Assembly: GCF_001194135.2 (NCBI RefSeq)
Contig: NC_068986.1
Span: 59,649,220-59,713,219, forward strand
Origin: Octopus bimaculoides
Lineage: Eukaryota
Length of the DNA: 64,000 bases
Direction of reading: 5' to 3'
The notes below the pieces were generated by a model. It did not search any database. It was given only the letters and a program-made list of their open reading frames with translations, and had not been told where the DNA came from. Both the position numbers and the translations under genes were made by a program. Shown here in pieces: positions 53,389-64,000 of this stretch (position 1 is its first letter; each line of letters starts with the position of its first letter).

Positions 53389-54273
53389 CAGGGTGAGGTG
53401 AATAAATTGTCGTCTAAATTATACAAAAATGAAAATAACACCAACATCTCATTTTAACAGATATATTTACCAAAATTACATAAAAATATCTTGAAACACC
53501 AAAGAGTAAATTTATTCAATAAAATAGCCATTAGCTTCAACCACAGTCCTCCAAACGACTTTGGAATCTCTTGCAACTCTTTTGAACAGTCTCCTTGTTT
53601 AAGTTGGTGGATGCTGCCATAATCCTTGCCTTCAGTTCATTTTTGGTGTTACAAGCAGTTGGTCTCTCACTCAACTGTGCCCCATACATAATAATCAAGG
53701 GGGTTGCAGTCTGGGAAGTTAGGTGGCCAGATGTTAGGGTTGATGTGGTTGCAGAAATTATCTGACAACCATGACTAGGTCCTCCTACTTGTGTAGCATG
53801 GTGCAGAGTCTTGTTGCCAGACATAGGGTCTTCCTGCAGCCACCCTCTTGACCCAGGGCAGTGCTACCTCCTCCAGGCACTTGATGTAAGCCTCTGTATT
53901 TAGTTTGAGGCTGCATGGGAAGATGAATGGAGGTACAATGTCACCATCACAAGTGATCACTCCAAACACCATGCTGTTGATTGGATGTTTGATTTTTATC
54001 ACACTTGGCACATGTCATCAGATTGCACTGTCCTTAGATTGACACACAAACACTCTGAAATGCTCATACTGGAGCTTCCAGTGTGAATGCCAAGCAGTAC
54101 AGCATGCCATTTCCAAATTTCTGGCAGAGTGAATTGTGTCATAGTGCTGCTTCTCTCACAGACAGTGTCCAACTGACCCTATTATACTGTGTAATCAACA
54201 AAATAAAAAACAAACAATGTACATGCATGAAATTAAAAATATTAAATGGTGACAATTTACCCATCGCACCCTG
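53389..54273 (-). mobile_element. Internally deleted DD37D (maT/Bmmar1-like) Tc1/mariner
   Basis: TA-flanked TIRs cagggtgaggtgaataaattgtc / gacaatttacccatcgcaccctg. Remnants MVFGVIT..G...PPFIF...YVWQQDSAP and a P..PDCNPLDYY-like segment; most of the N-terminal half is missing. Confidence 0.88.
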
Positions 54274-55127
54274 TATATACGTATATATAGAGAGTTTGTT
54301 TTCTCCTAGAGTATAGGCTAGAGTTGCAAAACAAGTTTAATCAGGTTTTTATCATCACAGGAAACAAAATCTCAGTCTAGTATGATGAAGTATGTAAAGG
54401 GCCAGTTTAACAGTTTATTTTTGCCCTAATTATTATTACTGAGTTCTACTAAGCTGACATATATTTTTGTTGATGCCTCATATGTGAGTAAAGGCAAATT
54501 TATTTGCTCCTCTATCATGAATTCACAATACAGAGAATAATTTGCTGTTTAAGTAAAATAATTGGATCTTTCTTTTTAAGAGAGACATCATTTGTTTACC
54601 TTCTAATTATTTCTTCCCATTTAACAGTGAGACCTTCTTATTATTTCCACTGGGTTAAAAAAAAGATTGTAGATATTTGGCATCAAGTTTTATAATGGAT
54701 TTGTTGATTTGTATGTGTGTATGTATGTGTTGCAAATGTCACTTGTGTTATATGTTAGGTTTAAGTTATTCCTAACATTTCTTATTTTTTAAAGGCATGA
54801 CACTCAAGCACTGGCAAATGTAAGTTGCAAACAATAACAGAAGAATCTTTTGTGAATTGAGAAAGCTTGCTATCGTTTGCCATTGAATGACAATCAGTCC
54901 AACTGGAAAAATAGTGGTGTTTAGGTTTCATCTTCCCCCACTACCACTGGCATTGTTGTAGCTGACACTGCAACTGCTGCCGCCACCACCACCGCCACCA
55001 TCACCATCTTACTTGATTTATTCTAAACTTCCACCCTGTTGGTTTTTCATTTTGAAAACAAATTATCCTAAGTGCAATGCTTTACTTCACTATGAAATAC
55101 TTTAGAAAGAATTTATAGAAAACTTAC

Positions 55128-55266
55128 TTTATTACATTCACTCTCGAAACCTCGAAGTTGAAGTCCTTGTTCAAGTTTATGAAAACGGTTTTCAGCAAGT
55201 TTAACTAAATTCTTCATTGAGTTCTGTAATTCTTTGTACATTTTTTTAACTGATACAAGTTCTTCT
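55128..55266 (-). CDS. PLEKHG4-like: Internal coding exon B (A+EELVSVKKMYKEL...GFESECNK)
   Basis: 139 nt with cctttcag acceptor and gtaagt donor. Its first base completes the AAA codon from exon A; phase 0 at the end. Spectrin-like helix. Confidence 0.88.
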
Positions 55267-56139
55267 CTGAAAGGAACAAAAACAATACATGTTACCCACA
55301 TATGCATGCGCACACACACACACGTGTGTGTGTATGTATGTATGTGTGTGTGCATTTATAAGAAATCATTATTGTTGTCACTAGTGTAAACATTATGGTA
55401 TTGTTGTTGGCCATAGTTGAGCTGTTGTTGGAGCACCAGCATTGCAAGTTTTGCCAGTGTCCAGTTTGAGGTCATCCAATTGATGATGATTCAGTGCTTG
55501 TTAATCTTATCATACCACCTCTTTTATGGTCTTCCTTATTTTTTCCTTCATTGGTTGCCATCATATGATAATTTTTGTCCAATACAATAAGAAAAAACAA
55601 ATAAGCAAACAAAAATAAATTCAGTATAACCTGATTGTAGACAGATTACTTAAGAGAAGTTAATTACTGAATATATCATGTCTAAGTTCCTGAAAAACTG
55701 ATGCAGTGTGAAGATTCATACCTAATTTAAATGTTACCATATCAACAAGCACAGTAGTGTTATGAAACCAAAATTTTCAATTTACCTCAAAAAGAAAAAT
55801 TCTAAACAATACCAACAGTTGTTTACAGAACAGAAGCTAGACCCTAACAACAAAGATAGAGAGGAAACTGTTAGTGTGCCAATTCAAAGTGGGGGGGGGG
55901 GATAGAGAGAATGGGTAAAAGTAGGCAATATTTCACCACTGCAAAAAAGAGGAAATGAATGGGGCAAGCAGAACCAAATTTAAACATAAGACAAAGTTGC
56001 AATTTAGGCTCATAGAATCCATAAGAAAAACCTTAAAATAATTAAAAGGTAATACACATTATCAACTTTTGTGAGACCATCTGGTGTAATTTTAACAAAA
56101 AGGCTCCAAATTTATGTAGCATAGAGCCTAATAAAGTTT

Positions 56140-56340
56140 AAATCTGGCAATGAAAGCAAGACACATTTGCAAAAGAACAGATAACCAATGGACAAAAATG
56201 CGGAAGACTATGAAAGAGATGGTGCAATAAGATTAACAAATACTGGATCACTATCAACTTGTTGACATCAAGTGGGAAACTTGGAAAACTTGCAATTTTG
56301 GTGATCAAACAACAGCTCAAACAATGGCCAACAGCAATAC
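56140..56340 (+). mobile_element. Degraded RTE C-terminal fragment
   Basis: RHICKRTDNQWTK resembles RTE AGHIARRTDNRWTK. A related short minus-strand piece lies at about 55490-55570. Confidence 0.5.
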
Positions 56341-57930
56341 TATAATGCTTTTACTAATAACAACAGTAATGATTTCTTTTATTTGCAGCAAGAAACTAAA
56401 ATGTTGGAACAAAAAAAATGATCAACTAAAAAATGAATAATAATAGTGGGGGATTTACATCGGATAAAAGGGTAAGAAAAATAATAAATAAAAACAAATA
56501 TCAATCTCAGTAAGGAAAAAAATCACCACAAGAAAGGATCCTCAAAGTGTAAAAATAACTACTTAAGGTGATTGAAGGCACCTCACACATAACTTCAGAT
56601 TATTCTGACATAAAAACCAGCACATTCTTCTCATTCTTGCAGGAATAATAACAAAACCGAATTAATAATATAAAGGTGCATAAAAGGATTAGAATAACAA
56701 TGTTAAGATATAACAACTTCTAGTTCAAAAGTCTTTGCTTCATGTCAGATATATTTTGAGTAAGAGAATTTATGAATATAAAATATGTTGGAAACTTTTA
56801 AAGTGGATGTGACATTCATAAAGAAGCAACAAAACCATTCAACCAAATGAAGGTATATTAAAAATAACTGACAAATATGAAAGATAGAAAGTGATACTAC
56901 AGTATTGTTTTCTTAAATAGTTTAGAAAATGTAGTTAAGTGGTTTAGTGGTCATGGTGATAGACAACTAATCCAAAAGACAGGCATTCAATGAAGCCAAC
57001 AAGAGATTTTTGAAAACAAAGAACAGTTTATATATCTATTATGATATTATTGCTATTTTATTGAAATCTGTTAAGACATTTATAGGGCCATTGCTGCTAA
57101 GAAAAGTTAGGCAACCATCAAATTTCTTATTTTCTAGAAAATAATTTCAAACTTTACTGCTTCATTGAAGAATTGTTGATGTTGCTACCAAAATCACTAC
57201 CACCACCATCACTACTTTTCTTTTATAGTAATAATAAAAGTAAAAGTTATCATTATTATTATCCTCATCAGAGAGGCAGATCGACAGCAGCATTAGAGTA
57301 AGATAAAATGTCTTTACAGTACATGATTCGGCTCTTTACATTCTGAGGTCAAATCCTGTTGAAGTCAGCTTGGGCTTTCTTTATTTTATTCACCCTACTG
57401 GGTGAATAAAATACAGTATCAGTCATATACTGGGTTTGATTTAACCAACTATTCTCTATTACCATGTTTTTGGCTTTGTATCACCAAATCATTATTTTCA
57501 TTACTGCTCTTTTCTAATGTTGGCAATTCTTATCCAAATTGCTATATTATGAAAACATTTTGTGTTAATTTTATAAAGATATTATTTAATATTTTTTCCA
57601 GTGAATTCTACACTTCAACAATACAACTAATGCAAAAAGATATTCAATCTTTTTGCTTCCATGTTTCTGTTGAAATACACTGTCTTTGTTTCTTTATTTA
57701 TTTTGAAAATAAGGAAGAATTTGTTGAAATAACTGTTGTTATTAAGTTGGTGTTTGAAAAATTAAATTAACATGGAATCTTGATAGAAAGTTTTAATTTG
57801 AATCATTTTAAAACAAAGAATTTCTATCATAGAATTAGAAACAGTTTCAGGCAAGTTGATCAAAAGAGAGCAATGAGAATTTGGTGTAACTGAAAACCCT
57901 CCTTGAGTGAAAAGTAAAAGTACCACTTAC

Positions 57931-58178
57931 TTGCAGCTTTCTATAGATTTTAGATAAGGGGCTTCTTCTTGCAGCTGATGAATGATGGAATGGCCGTCTT
58001 GTAGCAGCATCAATTGAGGGGCATCTAATATAGACTGCATTTGTTGCTCATGTTCCCATAAGAACTGACTTGTTTCATCATAAGTGGAAGGAATGCGGTC
58101 ATAGATGGTCAGTTGTTTCAGAGTGTCTTGTAGGTACTGGTCGACAAGCTGACAATCATTAACAAATGGTTCCAGTTT
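57931..58178 (-). CDS. PLEKHG4-like: Internal coding exon A of a puratrophin-1/PLEKHG4-family RhoGEF (KLEPFVNDCQ...KSIESC+AA)
   Basis: 248 nt open frame with ttttcag acceptor (phase 0) and gtaagt donor (phase 2). KLEPF..NC resembles, from memory, the segment after the SEC14-like domain of PLEKHG4/4B. Confidence 0.85.
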
Positions 58179-58454
58179 CTGAAAACAGTAAAATAAATAG
58201 ATGCCATAAAAGTCTATGTATAACATTGTAACCAAGGATCTTGATATTTGAGCCTAAATTTTCTTAAAAAAAAAACACATAACATACTGTGTTGCACAGC
58301 TGCTTTAAGAGTAGCATCCTTTTGAGGTTGAGCACTTGTATCAAAAGAAAAAATTGGCTTTCCATCCCCTAAAATTGCTGGCCCTGACCCAAAATTTGAA
58401 ACCATTATTATTATTATTATTATCATTATTATTATTATTATTATCATTATAATA

Positions 58455-58670
58455 AGGTGGCAAGCTGGCAGAAACGTTTACATGCTGGGTAAAATGCTTA
58501 ACGGTATTTCATCTGTCTTTACGTTCTGAGTTCAAATTCCGCCAAGGTCAACTTTGCCTTTCATCCTTTCGGGGTCAATAAATTAAATACTAGTTGCATA
58601 CTGGGGTCAATCTAATCGACTGGCTCCCTCCCCCAAAATTTCGGGCCTTATGCCTAGAATAGAAAAGAAT
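58455..58670 (+). mobile_element. Young SINE family A copy between (TAT)n tracts
   Basis: Near-consensus ggtggcaagctggcagaaacg...gagttcaaattccgccaagg...gaaaagaattattatt. Confidence 0.88.
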
Positions 58671-59501
58671 TATTATTGTTATTGTTGTTGTTACCTTCTT
58701 TTTCCATTATTACTTTCATTATACAGTCATATCAATCATAATTCATTCTGTTTCATTTAATATTATCAGAATGATAATCATTATTATCATAAAACTATTA
58801 TTATGAATATCATCATTTGTAGTAGTAGTAGTAGTAGCAGCAGCAGCAGCAGCAGAAGCAGTCATTGTATTCTTAATGTTATCATTGATATTACTTTTAT
58901 CATTATTATTACTATTAATTTAAGATTATGCTTCTTATTTTGATAATTGATATAGCAATAATAATATTCTGTTGTGTCTGGGGTGAGTCATTCTCTTTTG
59001 GTGCCTTATAATATTGTTTTGTCTTTGTTTTTACTTTTGTGATTATTCAATATTAAAACCTCAGCAATTAATTCTATAATACATTTAAATGGCAAAAATG
59101 GTTATCCCTATGACCTAGCAGCTTTATAGCAGAGTATTGGCCTACTAAGCACTTTTGTTAATTCAAGAACGTAGTCCAGTGAGATTAAACAGTGATTCCT
59201 TGATTTTCTTAAGATATTTTTCAGCAAAACAGATTATAAGTTTTAGCTTGCTGAAGTATGTAATGTCTTGTCTTTGACAGTAATAGTTTAATTAGAAACC
59301 ATGCCAAAGCAGACAGCAGGGCTTGGAGCAGTCTTCTGACTTGTTAGTTCCTGTGAAATCATGCAACCCATGCTAGCAGATGCTGAATAATGATGATGAT
59401 GATATATACATATAAATGTATGTATGTCTGTATGTGTATGTATGTCTGTATGTGTATGTATGTCTGTATGTGTATGTATGTACATATATGTATACATGTG
59501 C

Positions 59502-59541
<40 letters not shown>

Positions 59542-60595
59542 GTGTATGTGTGTGTGTAGTATGATTATTGGTTCTGCTTTCCTTTTCTATCAATTTTAAT
59601 AATTTCATAACTTCAAAATAACAGTTTACAAGTCTGTTCTAATTTTCAACCAGCTAAGCTAATGTATTTTTTATATATTTATGAATTTGATACTAATTTA
59701 AAAACTTATAACTACCTTTATATACTTAATTTGCACATATACCTGATTGTGCCTGTGCTAATCATTTGTTGTCAATCATATCTTTTCTGTTCTTCAGTTT
59801 TATCATATTTTATTTTTCTTTATTTGTTTAATGTTATTACCACCGTAATCATAGCTTCTCAATGGCTTAATTCATTTTCTTTTATTTTTCTCTATCTTTT
59901 TTACCTCTAAATTTTGGTGGGGACTTTCTTAAATCTCTATAAATTAATACTTGATATGTTTCTATATACTGATTTCTCTTAACTATACTTCTCTTAACTC
60001 TAGTGTATTTGTTCTATTTATTGTGCAGTAACTAAACTATAGACATTTGTACATGTCAATTCTATGCAGATAGATAGACAGTATCCATCTTATCTACCTG
60101 CACATCTCACTATCATAACAATGCTACAAAAAAAAAATGTATATATATATATATATAATTTAGTACATTGTCCCTTTATGATTGAGTCTGCTGATTACTT
60201 CAAAGCATTGATAGGTCAGTTTTGAATGGTCTCTGCGATAAGTAATTTGTGCTGCTAGTCTGATTCTGGTTGAAGTCAGTACATTTAAAGGTAGTAGAAG
60301 ATAAAATATGCAATTCAAATTTTTTTCTTTTTTTAATTATTTGTTCTATTGAATTATAATTTATCTTCCACTAATCTTCTCACTTGGATTCCAGTTTGGA
60401 TATCACTCATTCTCTAACAGCATAGTTGCACTACCTACCATTTCTGATTGGCTGATTATTCTCCCTCCCACTCCTGTATATTGAACAGTTGGTATTCTTG
60501 CTTTGAGTGTTCATATGTTGTTGAACTTGCTGCTCTAACAATGTAATCATTACCATTTAATGTTCATGTTTGATGTTGGCAAGAGTTGGAAAAAA

Positions 60596-60710
60596 GTAAG
60601 CACTTAGGTTTCCCATGTGGTCACCATCTAAGTTCTAACTAGGCTCAACATTGCTTAACTTGAGTGATTGGTCAGGAACTGGTGCATTCAATGGGATAAA
60701 GCTATAAGTC
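60596..60710 (-). pseudogene. 5S rRNA pseudogene (or 5S-derived SINE head)
   Basis: Reverse complement ...TTGAATGCACCAGTTCCTGACCAATCACTCAAGTTAAGCAATGTTGAGCCTAGTTAGAACTTAGATGGTGACCACATGGGAAACCTAAGTGCT aligns collinearly to invertebrate 5S as I recall it (box A, intermediate element, box C). A T6 tract follows at 60590-60595. Confidence 0.82.
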
Positions 60711-60887
60711 TCTCTAATACTGACCTGCATATGGTTGCCTGATGATTTGGAGATTATTATATGATAATATATTGTATAATCTTATGGATGTTGCATGTCT
60801 TACATAACTGAATGTATGATGTTACATCATAATAAAATCTAATGAAATAATGTAGCAAGACTATAATTCATTCATACATCTTTTTAT

Positions 60888-60924
<37 letters not shown>

Positions 60925-61384
60925 AGTACATATATTCATAAATGCATATTTATATATGTGCATTTATGGATATAATTACATACATATATATGTGTGTATA
61001 TGTATTCTGTACATACACATATAGAGAAACAAACCCACACACAACTAATTCACTCAACTATGCAAACTCACATACAACTAATTCACATACATATGCACTC
61101 ACTCAGACACCCACTATACGTGTATCAATTTGATCTTGTTTTAATATTCACTGATGCATTAACATTGTCTGGTTTTATAATCAATACACAACAGTTTTCT
61201 GTAAATATTTTCTTGCACTTATTTTCCCCGTGGGACAGATGAGGTATATTATTGAAATTTGGATATTTTTGACATAAATTGTTGAAGTTAGTATTTTACA
61301 CATGTGGATTCTCTGAATGCTAACTAATCAAATATGAAGTTATGCCAGGTACAACATCCCCCCCACACACACACTAGCATGCAA

Positions 61385-61930
61385 TACATGACATCACACT
61401 TTGTAGACAGGATGACCTTCAAGTAAGAGCCACTAGCACATGGATCAGGGTTAGGGGTTTCCAGCAGATCAACCCTTCCCCTGTCATCCAGTTTAACATT
61501 GCTACTGGACTTAGAGAAGGAAGCAGAGATGCTCATTGTTCAAGCCACAGATGGCTTTCACATGATTTTCTTTAGGATAGACTATGTATTGCAATCACGA
61601 GGCCCACACACTTGACCACCTACCTTCAGCAGTGACACCACTGGTATTGGTGACATACTGGTTAGGGTAGTTGCAGTGGGCTGCTGGATGTCTCGGATAT
61701 AATTGAGATCCACCTTGTTCGCACCATTCCGCATGGCTGTGATGGTTTGATATTGGAGTTTCTTTCTCCTAGGTGGACCGCCTTTCATGCTGATGTGCTC
61801 CATCTCCTCAAAAGCACATGTTAGTTAAGACCCGGGAACAATAGTGGCTAAGAAGTGGTCCCACACTCCTCAAGGCCCAGGAACTCCCACACCAACTCCT
61901 CACTACTGGATGCAGTTTAAAGTTTTATCT
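61385..61930 (-). mobile_element. LINE (probably RTE) 5' region fragment
   Basis: Its start (aaactgcatccagtagtgaggag...ttagccactattgttcccggg) is shared with 25700-25800(+); contains a ctaggagaaagaaactccaatatcaaacc motif. Clade call is tentative. Confidence 0.45.
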
Positions 61931-63343
61931 AGGACAGTATATTATGGTATAGAGCATGGTACTTGATGAATTGAGCAGCAAGAAGCATAATTCTAAGTGA
62001 TTTTGCTGAGGTCAACTCTGTCTTTCATCTTTCCAAAGACAATATAATAAAGTACCAGTCAAATAATGGGTTTGATATAATTGACTATAACCTCTTATAT
62101 CTGAGATCTTTGTGCCTAAGTTAGAAATCAATGAATTTTCAATTTGTGAAGTGTTTAATCAGATAAGTTAACTCCAGTACTTATTTTGAGTCTGGTACTT
62201 TTTCTACCAAACTCTTTTTGCTGGACAACTAAATTGCAAGGTTGTAAACAAACCAACACTGGTTGTCAAGAGGAGGTGTGGGAACAAACACAAAGATGCA
62301 CACACACATACATATGACAAGCTTCCACACACCTAAAACCATGTGGTTGCAAAGTGAACATCTCAGCAACACAGTCAGGCCTGTCCTGTTCGTTTTTCTT
62401 TAAGAAGCTTTGAATGAAATTGAGTTGTTCAATCAATCATAGCAGATTACTGGTAATTATTTTATCAACCTGATTAAAATGAAAAATAAAAGCTAAATTT
62501 GAAAAAATTTCACATACAGATTGAAGAAATGGAATGACTAAGAAGATATAGTATTTGTCTACAAACATATAAGTTATGGGTTATATTTGTTGTAGGTATT
62601 TCATTTTGTCTGTATATAGAAAATTTTATTCTACACTGCCTCTCTTTAGCTTTTTCTTTTAAAAGTAGGTGACAGGCTCTTCTCAGAAAGTTATGTCATT
62701 CGGTGTGACATAAAGAAATTGAAATTAAGTACTTCAAATGCTATTGACACCTGTAGTAAGTTACAGTCTGTCGCAAGCATTCAGGTTAGATCTTTGTCTA
62801 AAGATAAATATCTTCTTTGTTTCTTGGAAGCCCTGAAAAATGTCATAAATTTATTTTTCATCTCTGATTAGCACACGTAAAAAAAAAAAAAAATTTAAAA
62901 AAAAGATATAGTAGCTACCTTTAATGATATACCAAAACAATTGTGATGAAATTTTTAAAGACAATATGGATATCAGAGAAATTATGTTACATTAAGACAA
63001 CAATGCTGCAAGAATATAAATCCAATTGCAGATAACATATTGAAGTAGTAAAAATGGGAAATCACTGCTACAACTCTATAAAACAACACATAGAATAGTT
63101 AAAGTCCTTTTGTTTTTCATTCCCCCAGGGTAAATAAGTAAATGAGGTCAAGAGAAACCAATGTTGTAAGTCATTCCAAAATAACTACTTCCAGCTCAGA
63201 ATCTAACTTACTATCATAAAATTAAATATAATAAACTGGAAAGACCATGAGTGACATTTAACAAGTCAACAAGGATTTGAAGGTTGTATATAATAAAATG
63301 TCATTATATCAAAAGCAAATGTTAAGATTTTCTGTAAGCATTA

Positions 63344-63386
<43 letters not shown>

Positions 63387-63530
63387 CACACACATACATA
63401 TATATATATGCATGTATGTATTATATATCTTATATATGTATATCAATTTATATATACATATATGTATATATCTGTGTGCGTGCATGTTTGTGTTATATAT
63501 CATATATGTACACCCATCAATCTAGCATTA

Positions 63531-63606
<76 letters not shown>

Positions 63607-64000
63607 GCACAAACACAGAGTGTATACAGAAAGACTGAAATAGATAGACACGGGAAAATGAAAGGAAGGAAGAGTGAGTTATACTAATTTCGATTTTCTT
63701 TTTCATCTAAATACTGAATATGATTTAATATTATTAAATCATAATAAAACAGTCATAACTACAAAAAAAAAAAAAATTGACAAGTCTTGTATGTTTTTAA
63801 TTACTGAAGATAAAGTCAATAATAATTTCTATTTACATGCAAAAATTGTTAATGTGATAGATTGAGTGATTTCAGTAGTTTACAAATCTCTTTCCTTTAA
63901 TTCAGCTGACAATGAGGACGTTATAAGAAAGTGAATTTTGCAGTAATTGTTGAGCAACTAAATTACTGTTGGCAAAACTAGTGCAAAACTCTAAGAGGGA

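Noticed and set aside
62740-62842. Good minus-strand acceptor (tttttcag|ggcttcc) upstream of exon A
   Set aside because: All three frames stop within about 24 codons and there is no convincing donor; it is not homologous to the expected upstream exon.
1713-63706. Most ORF-track entries (HTHT, CVCV, YIYI, RERE, poly-I/N/C, X-rich)
   Set aside because: They are translations of microsatellites or N-gaps, with no splice-consistent protein signal.

Overview
AT-rich animal genomic DNA, most likely octopus (inferred from repeat families I recall from octopus genomes, microsatellite density and N-gaps beside dinucleotide runs). The only supportable protein-coding gene is on the minus strand: four internal exons (58178-57931, 55266-55128, 51548-51426, 1384-1187). 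They splice GT-AG in consistent phase into 236 codons of a spectrin-like helical region resembling puratrophin-1/PLEKHG4/PLEKHG4B/ARHGEF40 RhoGEFs. About 50 kb of the window is one intron (51425-1385). The rest is mobile DNA: at least two abundant tRNA-type SINE families, RTE LINE fragments, Dong/R4-like and HERO-like LINE ends, three Tc1/mariner relics, a piggyBac-like MITE and an 8-bp-TSD MITE carrying TTAGGG repeats. There is also a CpG-decayed 5S rRNA pseudogene, long fold-back palindromes and many microsatellites. Best leads: phase-compatible candidate internal first exons in the giant intron, two long intronic hairpins that could be ADAR or small-RNA substrates, the telomere-repeat MITE, and a SINE orientation bias. 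I found no clearly novel protein system; these leads are hypotheses.
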